A stretch of 64,000 nucleotides of DNA from Octopus sinensis (Eukaryota), in NCBI RefSeq assembly GCF_006345805.1, contig NW_021836152.1, positions 208,018 through 272,017 on the forward strand. Direction: 5' to 3'. Positions 1 through 11,858 of this stretch are shown here, piece by piece. Position numbers and translations under genes: made by a program. Position 1 is the stretch's first letter; every line of letters begins with the position of its first letter. The notes beneath the pieces were generated by a model, which did not search any database, was not told the DNA's origin, and saw only the letters and a list, made by a program, of their open reading frames with translations.

Positions 1-65
1 CTATGAGTTTCTTTGCCCTAGGAGTCGGGAAGACACTCGGCAAGAAATGGAAGCAAATTTGAAAG

Positions 66-144
66 AATAATAATAATAATAATAATAATAATTATAATAA
101 TAATAATAATAATTATACTAATTATAATAATAATAATAATAATA

Positions 145-183
<39 letters not shown>

Positions 184-190
184 ATGAAGA
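66..190. repeat. (AAT)n followed by (GAT)n microsatellite
   Basis: Direct trinucleotide repeats visible in the sequence. Confidence 0.95.
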
Positions 191-1019
191 GGAGAAGGAG
201 GAGGAGAAGAAAGAGAACAACGACGACGAGCAGGGCGACGGCGACGGTGATGTTATCAATTTTTGAGGTTTCGAGTTTTCAGCATATTTACTAAAGTTTT
301 CTTTAGTTCTCACCGAATATGCAACGAAGGAATTACACTACAACTTTGGCAAGACATGTATGGACGTTGAAAGAAACCACTGCACAATACAACGCCAAGT
401 GGAGTGTGTCAGAGCAGAACAGACTTACCATCCGTAGGATCTGCAAACTCTGTTTACCGTGAAAAGGAATCATACTAAAAAATCCCTCCGCCCAAGGGCC
501 TACATGAAAGTCAGCATTTGTTATCATGGCCTTATAAGTATATAATAAACCCCTTTTTGTGGGGTACTCCATTAGAATGTCGTTTGCTTGTTACGTTATT
601 GTATAGTGTCACATTTTTATTTTTACTTATATATTTTTTTATTTCCTTCTTATTTTCAGCTATCTAATTCTAACGAATTAAAAAATATTCACAGCAGAAC
701 ATCTCTGTCGATCACATTCCTGGCATGACATCGTCCGTCTGATTGATCTCTGTATGACCTGACTCACCGTTTATTACGTAACTTCCACACCGGGTCATCT
801 TCACGGAAAAGACGATCTCGTCATCCAAATATGTCTCTTACATATTATTATATTAACATAATTTCGTTTCCTCTTGTCTTTTTATTAATTGAATAAATTA
901 ATCTAATTCATTAAAGCATACTCTAAACAAAACATTGATTGTTTCTCTGTGTTATTGAGTAAAATGTCGGTGTTTGCTCGAATTTAATTTCAAACACACA
1001 CATACGCGCGCGCGCACAC

Positions 1020-1061
<42 letters not shown>

Positions 1062-1109
1062 CTGTGTGTGCGAATGGGTGTCTTTTTATGTTTGCATGTG
1101 TTTACATAG

Positions 1110-1290
1110 ATATGTACATACAAAATTTAAAGGACTGACCACTCAAAAAGTGGCCGGTCAACATGCTAGATATAGACGTCAAATCGCTATTTTCCACAAA
1201 GAATATGTTCTCAAATAAAAACTCAGCACAAAACCAAAGCATTAATAATAAGCAAGACAAATGAAAATATACGAAATAAAAATGATTACC
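1110..1290 (-). repeat. PLE pseudo-LTR-like repeat, homologous to the arms of the 7984-8352 palindrome
   Basis: tacatacaaaattta..gaccact.aaaagtgg..gtcaaatcgc..gttctcaa..ctcagca..atgaaaatat.cgaaata aligns by eye with 7984-8150; abuts a hammerhead motif. Confidence 0.7.
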
Positions 1291-1354
1291 CATGTACTGA
1301 ATCAGTTTCGATTATTAATATCCGCAAGGATAAACTGTAATCTCGTCAGCATAG
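1290..1354 (-). ncRNA. Minimal type I hammerhead ribozyme, canonical core
   Basis: Minus strand: CTATG-CTGACGA-GATTA..TAATC-GAA-ACTGA-T-TCAGT-A-CATGG; stem I 5 bp, stem II GATTA/TAATC, quasi-palindromic stem III, GUA cleavage triplet. Confidence 0.8.
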
Positions 1355-1532
1355 TCTGTCAAAAGAAATACAATTTGCAGGACTAGATGCAAAAACGTTT
1401 GACCGGAGTCTCTCCTGCATGGAGTCCAACCGATTATATTTTTGTGTATCTTTCAAATGCCTTCACTTTGGCGCGCTGAGATCGGATGCGCTCACACACA
1501 CTGAAAAAGATTTAGGTTCCGATATCCAAATG

Positions 1533-1632
<100 letters not shown>

Positions 1633-1644
1633 CATTCATACATA

Positions 1645-2208
1645 CATACATGGTGGCTGCCCCCTCGTTATCGAGTATGGCCATTGCACGAAGCTTAATC
1701 AATGTTGTTATCGTGCAATGCCTGTGCAAGAAGATATTTTTTAAAGTGAGGAAAGGCTGTGCACTGAATCAATCCCACTTTCTAAGCAACAGTAGCCATA
1801 ATCCGAAAAGAAGCAAGTCGACATCATCGGTAACCACTGAGCCGCAGGTTTTTATGTTGGTGTTGGAGTTATCCCAGTTACCTGAGTTACCTTCTACTAG
1901 AAGGATGCCCTAACAAAGGCTAGGAGTCCTTCACTCCCAATGGTTTAACAGCGCGATCGGGTATTCAGTCCGATTATTTCTATGTCCCCGCGCATGATAC
2001 AGCCTTAAGACATTTATTGGATGGCCGTTGACTCTCAAGAGTTCCTCCGCCCTTTGCAGGTTTATGTTTTTCATCCCGCAGGGTGTCCAATAAACACCCT
2101 CCTCACCAAGCAAGCTTGGTAGGGTTGCCGGTTTAGTCGCCAATGATCTGACCATGCAACAGGTTGTACTGGGTTACATGTTACCAGTAACACTCGAAAG
2201 TGACCTGA
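1645..2208 (-). mobile_element. Possible non-autonomous RTE-LINE-derived element (structured 5' region fused to an RTE-like 3' tail)
   Basis: GC-rich island between microsatellites; several hairpins at the minus-strand 5' end; 3' end ccatactcgataacgagggggcagccacc loosely resembles the 3' end of the RTE at 15675-15708. Confidence 0.35.
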
Positions 2209-2253
2209 CATACACATACATACATACATGCATGTGTACATATATATATATAT

Positions 2254-2432
2254 AGTTAATCCAAACAAGAAAACACAGAAAAAAACACAGCAACGCGAGG
2301 ACGTGGAACAATTAAAGTATTATTTGACGCTCAGGAAAGAAGGGAAGGAGGGTTTAACGCTTCGAGCGGAGCTCTTCGTCGGAAACAAAGGAGAAGGAAA
2401 GATCCCGAGAAGGGAAGACAGAGGAAAAAAAT
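2254..2432 (-). repeat. ~180-bp dispersed repeat, copy 1, containing a variant hammerhead-like motif (2352-2386)
   Basis: Reverse complement aligns with 9187-9365; motif GTTT-CCGACGA-A-GAGC-TCC-GCTC-GAAGCGT-T-AAAC. Confidence 0.75.
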
Positions 2433-3627
2433 TTTTTTGCTGGTGGTGCTGAAGAGATCGTAGATATATACATATGTGTGTGTCTGTAAGTATGTAAGTA
2501 AATGTAAGTATTAGCAATTAGACAGATCAATAAATAAAGTCCTAGCTTAAAATATTATTTCTTATATGATGTTTTAAATTTATTCTGTGTCAGATCTTGC
2601 CTTCCCTGATAGATAGGCCTCTTAATCAGGACAGATTTGTGCAATTTTTCGCCAAGAATCATCATTGAGGATATTTTTTGCCTTTAGAAATTATTTAATA
2701 ACTTATAAGTTCTTACAACTTTGGCACACGTAATGCTTTGCTTTCGTTGGTTTAATAAATATTCCTCCAACTTATGATTTTGCTTTCATTTCGTGATAGT
2801 CAGCTATCATGCCGAAAATGCCAGCTTCTAAATCCTGTTTTATGATTAGGTAATATTTGTTAAACTTTAAACCTCAGTAACCTTTTCCTGCAACTTTTCT
2901 GCAACAAATAAATAACAAAGTTATTTCAAGTTACTAAACTTGGAAATATTGACCTAGTTGTAGACTCTCAAAATATGTGACAGTAACAGGGATGTCCCAA
3001 CAAAATTAGAGAGACAGACAGTTATAGGATGTGTTACACACACACACGTTTAAATACGTACACACAGGGAATCACGAGTTTAAAATGTATAATAGACATA
3101 TGCATGTACCATGTATGTATATATTCATATGTATGCGTGTGTCTATGTGTGAGTGTTTCTTTGCCCATAAACTTCAGAAAAGCCACCCACTCTGTCTCTC
3201 ATGAAAGCTACGTTTTCATAAAATACACCCTTCTCTGTGTATGTGTGTGTTGTATCAATGTTTTTACAAAAGTATGTATGCAGCGTCGCGTGTATATGAC
3301 AGCTATATTAACATTAAAATTCCATTCTTGCTGATGTTCTCGCCTTCACTGATAGAAGTCTCCCTCTCTCTTTGATACTCTCTTTCCGTCAAATTAATAC
3401 GTTTTGCAACTTTATCATTTTATAATTTTATTTGTTCCAATGCCCCTGGGTTGCACGTTATAGATTTTTATAGGAATCCAATTAACTTATCACTTAACTG
3501 AAAGTTAGCGTAACATGAACGGAAAGCTTCGTGAATATTGGTTCATTGGTTTAAACAATAAGATGGTAAAAGTCATTCTGACTCTTATTTCTAGCTGCTG
3601 CTTACTAGCAACATTAGTCACTTCATA

Positions 3628-3722
<95 letters not shown>

Positions 3723-3743
3723 AGTGTGTGTGTGTGTGTGTGT

Positions 3744-4753
3744 TGTTACGAACCACCTGCCGTCGCTCAAACTCTTCGGAAAACCCGGGACCCTACCAAG
3801 TCGAGCGACGACGATCGACTGGCTCGATCGAACGGTGAATTCGCCACGGACACAGAGAGAGAGAGAGAGAATTCGGTGAGGGAAGGCGGCAGCGAACTCG
3901 GCAACTGGCGACCGGAGAGAACAACAACAAACAACGACAGCGGGAAGAGACACAGAGACACGGCGGAAGGCAATTTGGCCTACGTTTAGCAACAATAGTT
4001 TATAACAATTATTACATCAAATACACCAAAGAAAATACGTGCAAGAAAACAAGGAAACAACAAATCAAAGCATGCAGGTACAATAACAGTTCAGAGACAA
4101 ATCGGTTCAGTTCAATTAAAACAAATAATCTTCACATTAACGATACAGTTCAATACATTAGAGTCTTTCTCCTTCTTTCTTTCTTTTCAACAACTCTTTT
4201 CACAATGTCTTTACAGTTCTTTCTTTGCTTTCCGCAATTCTGTAACAGTTCTTTTCACATATCAAAACATAAATAAACATACCGTTACGAGCTACTACAA
4301 TAGCCAGTGCCCTCGTACCGTAGTCCCTCTCTCTTAGCTCCTTAATCCTATCTGTCTGTCTTCCTCTACGCTGTCGCTGCCTCTCGCTGTAATCCTATCT
4401 GCCTGTCTTCCTCTTTCACATTCACTGTCATTCTCGGGTTTGTCATCCCTCAGATTGTCTGTCTGTCTTTCTCAACTGACCGATTTCGTATCATTGCCAC
4501 CTTCTTGGCTGACCGTCCGTATCGCTTCCGTTTCTGGCCAGAACTGCCGGCCGACTGTCCCACAGACTCACAGCTCCTGCTTTTTTATAGGGTAACTCCT
4601 CGAACTTTCCTTGACCGGAACAAGGCCAAAGGTCTCCTCAAAACTCATCAATCCTTCCAGAATCTGACGGAACAAAGGATTTACTCGCCTACTTGACGCC
4701 AGCTCACAAAAAGTAGGTCGTAGCACTCAGTTTCCGAACTGACCTCCATAACA
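3744..4753 (-). mobile_element. Gypsy-type solo LTR (~1010 bp)
   Basis: TGTTA...TAACA termini; its left end matches the LTR end at 8631-8689, which is followed by a PBS, fixing the orientation; no TSD seen (flanked by microsatellites). Confidence 0.75.
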
Positions 4754-4860
4754 CTATGTATGTATGTATATATGTATGTATATATGTATGTATATAAGTA
4801 TGTATATATATATGTATGTATGTATATATGTATATATATATGTGTATATATATATATGTA

Positions 4861-6150
4861 CGAGGGACGTTCAATAAGTAATGCCTCTGACCCACTTGCA
4901 GTTGTTAGATCTAGCTGAAATTTTGCATGTGCAATCATTTATATCTCTATAGAGTAAGTGGCAAATTACAGCTCTGAATTAATTGTGGTTTCTGATTTAC
5001 AGGTGTTTGAACCGAGTCAAGTGTGAAATGGAGTCTGTTGAGTGTCGAGCAGTGATCCGGTTTTTGTATTTGAAAGGACGCACACCACGGGAGACTTTTG
5101 ATGAAATGAAAGTAACTGATGGTGATGATGCCCCATCATATGACCTTGTAAAACGCTGGCATCGTGAATTCAAACATGGTCGGAACTCTGTGGAAACAGC
5201 TCCCAGATCTGGTCGCCCCCTTCTGCCATTGATGAGGCATCTGTCCGTCAAGTTGTGGCTGCCATTTTGGAAGATCGACGCATAATTATTCGCCAAATAG
5301 CCCATGAGGTCAAGATTAGTACCGGGTCTGTGGAAACTATCATTCATGACCATTTGCATATGCAAAAGGTGTCTGCCAGATGGATTCCCAGGTTGCTCAC
5401 GCCTTTCCAGAAGCAAGAACGCGTCGAGTGCTCGTGGGTGAATTTGGAGATGTGCCAAGAAGATGAGTCAAAATTATTCAAAAGATTGATTACAGAGGAT
5501 GAAACGTGGGTCCATCACGATGATCCAGAGACCAAAGCCCAGTCAATGCAGTGGAAGCACCGTGACTCACCCCCTCCAAAGAAGGCAAGGGTGCAGCCCT
5601 CCGCTGGCAAGGTCATGCTCACAGTCTTCTGGGACCAGGACGGAGTAGTGATGACAGATTTCCTGGCAAAGGGTACCACAATTGCAGGAGCCTATTATGC
5701 TTCACTTTTGATGAAATTAAGAGAAGCTATCAAAATCAAGAGGCGGGCAAGATCAGCAAAGGCATCCTCCTCCTGCAGGACAACGCTCCGGTCCACAACT
5801 CGCTTGTCGCCAGATCAGAAGCACAGGCGTATGGCTATGAACTCCTCCCCATCCCCCCTACTTTCCTGACCTTGCACCCTCTGATTTTCACCTCTTCCCA
5901 ATCATGAAGTTGTTTTTGAAAGGAAAGCGTTTCCCAGATGATGCAGCCTTGATTTCTGAAGTCACGTTGAGGTTAGAGGACCAAGCTGGGTTCTTCTACA
6001 AAAACGGTCTCCAGAGCCGCATCAAACGATGGCAGAAATGCGTAACTCTGGGTGGTTCCTATGTAGAAAAAGACTAATAACTGTGCCAAGTTTCGTTGCT
6101 CTACTGCTATGGGAAGTGGGTCAGGGGCATTACTTATTGAACGCCCCTCG
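4861..6150 (+). mobile_element. Full-length mariner DNA transposon (1290 bp), irritans/Hsmar2-like ends
   Basis: ~37-bp TIRs cgaggg(a/g)cgttcaataagtaatgcc(t/c)ctgacccactt; TA on both sides; internal transposase. Confidence 0.95.
5028..6077 (+). pseudogene. Mariner DD34D transposase, frameshifted (~5222 and ~5750)
   Basis: MESVECRAVIRFLYLKG..RSGRP (HTH), WIPRLL, EDETWVH, QDNAPVH, PYFPDLAPSDF motifs spread over three frames. Confidence 0.92.
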
Positions 6151-6162
6151 TATATATATATA

Positions 6163-6235
<73 letters not shown>

Positions 6236-6280
6236 GTGTATATATATATGTGTATGTATATATATGTGTATATATATATA

Positions 6281-7650
6281 ATCTTAAAGAAATATTTTTA
6301 ACTAAATTATCTGTTATAGTTTTTGCGTGGTTAGAGAAAACACTGACATATTTTAGGTTTGTGGAAGGTTTATGGTAGGGGCAGTAAGAATTGCTATGCA
6401 GATTTAGTGTAACATCTAAGAAATTGGCCTTAGTTAGTTCGTTGTCGAAAACTATGTTCATGCCCATCCTACTAAAGAACCTAGCTAATCTATTTTTAGT
6501 TTTCTGTATCATTCTGTTCAGGGCATTCTGTAGGTAAAACAGACAATCGTCACGATATAGACCGCCGCAGATGTCCGGGAATTGGTCGGATAATTCATAG
6601 ACAATATAGATTCCGACCAAATCGGCTATCTGGGCGCTATCTGAGCTTCCCATTGGCACATCAAACTCGTTGGGAGTATCCTTACGGACCCATAACTTAT
6701 CTTCAAACTGTATAAAGGATTTTCTAGCCACTAGAATTATATTAATTTCCTCCCTTGTGAGGCCTGCCTTATTATGCGCATGCCATAGGGCCTTATTGAG
6801 TACACTAGGGTTTATCGAGGGATAGAAATTAGCAATATCGAACTGAATGAACTTAGTTCTGTTTTTATTAGAAATGGAAGAAAACCAATTTACGACTTGC
6901 GAGGAGCTCGCCAAAGGTTAAGCTTAAGCTTATTAATTAATCTAGGTATGTATTTGTCTAAAATGTACTTACTGATGGAACCGATGTCGGAACTAGAAGG
7001 GCATATGAGCCTTAATGCTGGATTGGTGTGAAAATTTGGTTTGTGGTCCTTAACGATGAATCTAGGTTGCCTTGGGTTAAGCGGTTGTGTTTTCATTTGA
7101 AGCCCATAATTTACCATAATTTCCTTAATCTCCAAATTGACTCTTCTAAGTGTATTCTTATTTGTAGTTCTGTAATTCTTCTGGATTTCTTTCTTGAGTA
7201 GTTCTAAATACTGGTTTATAGGTAGCTTGTAAGTATTCCTTGTTTTATCAGATTGGACCAGGCTTCCGTCTGAGCTGTTAATATCCTTAGTGATTTTCCT
7301 GAGGTATCTAAGGTGTTCATTCCTAAGGGGCGACTTCCGGAATTTAATGCTCCTTACAATGTCCCATAAGTCGTCCTCAAATTTCTTCAGTCTGGGATTA
7401 GGTGGGGGTGTCTCCCTCGACTTGAAGAGCTCCTTATATTCGGATGATGTTACGGTCCCGTTCTGTTTTAAATCCTCGTTATCATGGAAGAAAGCGAGCC
7501 ATCTCATTCGGTTGATGAATGCATTTGTTTTGCAGACAATTTCCTTAAGGAAAGTTTCCTTTGGTGGTTTAGGTATGTCCTTAAGGGACGCGTTAATCTC
7601 GGACGCACGGAGTTTATGCCCTATGGTCGTAATTTCAACCGTGCTTTTTC
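6281..7650 (-). pseudogene. Penelope-like reverse transcriptase (N-terminal region to thumb), one frameshift near 6905
   Basis: SLKDIP..RMRWLAFF, SDKTRN, KDHKPNF..RLI, QFDIANFYPSI, PMGSSDSAQIADLVG, GLYRDD, FLDVTL, SNH motifs (ORFs 6890-7507 and 5973-6914). Confidence 0.88.
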
Positions 7651-7983
7651 TGTTGTGAGTTTGCTACTCAGGTATCGGTTATCTTTCGAATTATCCGTAA
7701 TAAGATAATTCATTTGTCTACTTAAATACTCATATACAGCTTCGCTAAGAACCTGCTACCTTAACCGATACCGCAAACGTTGGGGATGCAAATCCTCATA
7801 GTCGTGTACAACAGAGCGAGGCACCAAAACAAAATCGAAGCGTCCATCCCGTTTTTCACTCGATGTAGAATGAGGAGATTTGATGTTGAGAATGAGAGGG
7901 AAAGTTAACTAAGGGTAGAAATTGATATTAATCAACCATTGGCTTAGCGTATTTTTTAAAAATCCGAAGATTAAAAAGTATTT

Positions 7984-8352
7984 TTACATACAAAATTTAG
8001 AGAATTGACCACTAAAAGTGGACAGCCTATATACTAAACATAGAGGTCAAATCGCCATTTACCACGAAGAACGTGTTCTCAAGAAAAATCTCAGCAAAAA
8101 GCCGAAGTGTAAAAATAAGCAAAGATACATGAAAATATTCGAAATACGTACATATTAACAAGTGAAACCAATTGGGACATAGGTAATCGTTTTTTATTTC
8201 GTATATTTTCATGTGTCTTTGCTTATTTTTACACATTGGCTTTTTGCTGAGATTTTTCTTGAGAACACATTCTTCGTGGTAAATGGCGATTTGACGTCTA
8301 TGTTTAGCATATAGGCTGTCCACTTTTAGTGGTCAGTCCTCTACATTTTGTA
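7984..8352. repeat. Imperfect palindrome with ~165-bp arms and ~45-nt spacer
   Basis: 7984-8150 is the reverse complement of ~8192-8352. Confidence 0.92.
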
Positions 8353-8437
8353 TATATATATGTATATATATATACATATATATATACACATATATATATA
8401 TACATATATATATATACACATATATATACATACACAC

Positions 8438-8492
<55 letters not shown>

Positions 8493-8630
8493 CATATATA
8501 TATGTACATATACATATATATATACACACATATATATACATATATACATACATACATATATATATACATACATACTTATATACATACATATATACATACA
8601 TATATACATACATATATACAGAGATGCTCT

Positions 8631-9010
8631 GTCTTGGTAGGGTCCCGGGTTTTCCGAAGAGTTTGAGCGACGGCAGATGATCCGTAACAACTGGTGTCAG
8701 AAGTAGAATTGTCCTGATTGCTGCGGTCGATTGGCTGTTCGCTATGGATTCGGTGGAGGCACGAACTGGTAGCCAGACTGGAGAGGAAGAGATCTTGCTT
8801 GCCTTGATTATAGGGATGTTGAGGGGCCAGATTACGCAGACAAACGCATTCTTGGAAAGGATGGATAAGAGGCGACAGGGCCTAGGGGCAGATCAGCAAG
8901 AACTTGAAGTTGCGGATGGGTCAGCTTTGAAGGATCGGTGTTGGACCGGGGATAGGGACGGTCCTGTAGGTGACTTGCGATTTTGCAGACTTCGAAACAT
9001 ATGTCGAAAA
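8631..9010 (+). mobile_element. Gypsy LTR-retrotransposon stub: 3' end of the 5' LTR, PBS and start of gag
   Basis: ...CCGTAACA then TGGTGTCAGAAGT (8692-8704, tRNA-Leu-type PBS) then ORF MDSVEARTG... (8744-9013); LTR part matches the reverse complement of 3744-3800. Confidence 0.8.
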
Positions 9011-9061
9011 TAAAATAAAGGAACTTTGTTAAATCTTCGTTCAGCTCCATTCTTTCCTATA

Positions 9062-9156
<95 letters not shown>

Positions 9157-9186
9157 CAAAATGTGACCCCGTGTGTACCGTTGGCG

Positions 9187-9365
9187 ATTTTTTTCTTCTG
9201 TCTTCCCTTCTCTGGATCTTTCCTTCTCCTATGTTTCCGACGAAGAGCTCCGCTTGAAACGTTAAACCCTCCTTCTTCTCTTCCTTCCTGAGCGTCCAAT
9301 AATACTATATTTGTTCCACGTCCTCGCGTTGTTGTGTTTTTTGTGCTTTCTTGTTTGGATTAACT
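9187..9365 (+). repeat. ~180-bp dispersed repeat, copy 2, containing a variant hammerhead-like motif (9233-9267)
   Basis: GTTT-CCGACGA-A-GAGC-TCC-GCTT-GAAACGT-T-AAAC; homologous to 2254-2432. Confidence 0.75.
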
Positions 9366-9372
9366 ATATATA

Positions 9373-9423
<51 letters not shown>

Positions 9424-9603
9424 TAAGTAATTAGGGTTCAGCAACGATTTGCCTCACCACACACCGAATTTAAAAATAGCAGTCAAAAAGTCTTGGCTAT
9501 TCTTTCTACTTTAAAGGGAGATCCCAGTAAAACCAAAGCACTTAAAAACAAACGACGCAGGTAAGAGAGAAAGAAATGACGAAAATCATTCTATATTAAG
9601 TTG

Positions 9604-9694
9604 CCTATGGACGCGCGTTTCGGAATTAAGCCAGTATAGAGCATAAAAAATAAATAATTATACCTTACCTGACTATTTTCCTCATCAGCGTAGG
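9604..9694 (-). ncRNA. Minimal type I hammerhead ribozyme, canonical core, extended stem II
   Basis: Minus strand: CCTACG-CTGATGA-GGAA..TTCC-GAAAC-GCGC-GTC-CATAGG; palindromic stem III ACGCGCGT, GUC triplet, stem I with one mismatch. Confidence 0.85.
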
Positions 9695-10058
9695 ATTCTT
9701 CAATTATAAATAATTGCGTCTCAATTATTAATAATTGTGTATTAAATTTCAAGGCACTAGAAAATATCACTTCAACTCATGGTATCAGAGAGAACGTATA
9801 CCCTGCTAGTACCGCCAAATTCAAAAAGTGAATGAAAGTAAGTCACTCTCCCCTGTCCACCAGCGTGTTGCCAAGACTTTTTGTCTGCTATTTCTAAATT
9901 CGGTGCTGAACTCTAATTATAGTATTACTTAAACTTACCTTGAATAGGTCTTTTGCATGCCGAATTCTACTTGGTGAAATTACTGATTACTTCTTAATTA
10001 ATTAATTTCACCCTTTGTTATTATTTATATATGTATATATATATATATTCATATATAT

Positions 10059-10161
<103 letters not shown>

Positions 10162-10639
10162 CGCTCATATAACAATATACGCATGTGCACATGTATGTAC
10201 ATGTGTGTCCACCCTAAAATCGATGCTGACACAACACTGGAACTGGACAGCATCCGTCTCCAGTGTGAAACGCAACAGAATTGAAAAGCATCGATATTGT
10301 AAAATTTAAATGAAGTAGCCAGACAGGTGTATTTACACACACACACACACAACTCTCTCACGGATACACGTACAAACACATGTTTATTTGTATGCATTTA
10401 TATATTTGTGGTGGTTGCAGTTGATGTTTCTGTGTGCGATGGACACTTGCATATACCTGTGATGGTAGTCGTTGACAATCTTGTTTGAGCAGGTGTTCTC
10501 ACCTGCGGTCTTTTACCTGACAATGGATCCATTTGATGTCAATGGCCCTTTGTTGTTCTACTTTTCACCTCTCAGGTGATTCTATCAAATGGATATGATC
10601 TGCATAATGCCGTTTGCATAATGCCGTTTGCATAATGCC

Positions 10640-11074
10640 AAATCTGCATTATGCAGTTCATATCCATTTGATAGAATCACCTGTCAAAGTAATTGTGCAG
10701 TATGTTCGACAAACCCACATGTGAACTGCAAAACCAAGGGCACTGTATACCAAATTGAGTGCCAAGAAGGAGCTTGCGAGACTAACCCAGAGTCATACAT
10801 AGGTGAGACTTCTAGAAGTATCAATGATAGGTTCAAAGAACACCTGGACAACTACATTGAAAGGAAGCCAAACTCCATCTTCTACCAACATGCTGTGGAC
10901 TGCCACGGGGGATCCTCAGGGAAACTTAAGTTGAACATCCTATCAACACATCCCACCGATGCAATGTTGAGACAGGTCACAGAAGCTGTTTGTATACAAG
11001 AATACAAACCTACTCTCAACCGAAAATCCGAATGGTGTAACATCCAGATCCCATTCAGGAGGACCATTCTATAA
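10640..11074 (+). pseudogene. GIY-YIG endonuclease, 3' fragment of a Penelope-like element
   Basis: CAVC..VYQIEC..YIGETSR..RFKEH..H..C H..EAVCI..PTLNRKSEW; no RT upstream. Confidence 0.85.
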
Positions 11075-11647
11075 CCACCTCTCTCTCTCCCTCGTTTACA
11101 TGTAATCCTTACATACATGTTGCAATGCGTGGTGCTAAGACACTTATGTGCAGTTATATATAACCGTATGAGCGTACGTTGTTCGATACGTATGTGCGTG
11201 TGTGGTGCTATAAGAAAAATGCACATGCATGCACTTATGAGCATGTATGGATGTATGTATGTATTGTATATGTATGCGCTTATGCATATATAAAAAAAAG
11301 AAAAAAGAAAAAAGAAAAAGAGCAGATAGGTTAATATAATGCATGTTCGATTTTTAACCGTTGCCCTTGTATACTGTGTCGTATTTTGTGTGTGTGTGTG
11401 TGTATGTTTATGCATGTGTGTGCGTGTGTGTGTGCGTGTGTGTGTGTGCATGTGTGTAATAGGACATATGTATGTAGAAGTGGATAAGTATATATGAGTA
11501 TATAATTTAAGATTATATGTATATTTATGAGTGTGTCTATATGATTGTGTGTTCTTGCGTATATGTATATGGTTATATATGCACAGTTGCACCTAAATGT
11601 TGTATCCATTCACAGTTAGACGATGATGAGAGGAACAAACACACACC

Positions 11648-11711
<64 letters not shown>

Positions 11712-11762
11712 CGTCTATACAAACATATATGTGTGTATATAGACAACCTTCAACAAAGTGAC

Positions 11763-11858
11763 GGCGAGCTGGCAGAAACGTTAGCACGCCGGGCGAAATG
11801 CGTAGCCGTATTTCGTCTGTCGTTACGTTCCGAGTTCAAATTCCGCCGAGGTCGACTT
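11763..11858 (+). mobile_element. 5' head of a tRNA-derived SINE, truncated and joined to the RTE LINE
   Basis: ggcgagctggcagaaacgttagcacgccgggcgaaatg..gagttcaaattccgccgaggtcgact matches the complete copy at 36645-36832 (minus). Confidence 0.85.

Larger units (their letters stand above)
6281..8352 (-). mobile_element. Penelope-like retroelement, 3' part lost at a (TA)n tract, with inverted pseudo-LTR at its 5' end
   Basis: PLE-type RT on the minus strand plus terminal palindrome 7984-8352. Confidence 0.8.

Noticed and set aside
700-830. GC-richer patch with gtgaagatgacc..ggtca on the minus strand
   Set aside because: It lacks the CUGA core and GAAA, so it is not supportable as a hammerhead.
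2100-2210. Hairpin-rich segment with GG..GACTAA-ACCGG, reminiscent of an HDV-like 3' half (minus strand)
   Set aside because: No matching P1 5' strand or canonical P3/L3 was found; too weak to call.
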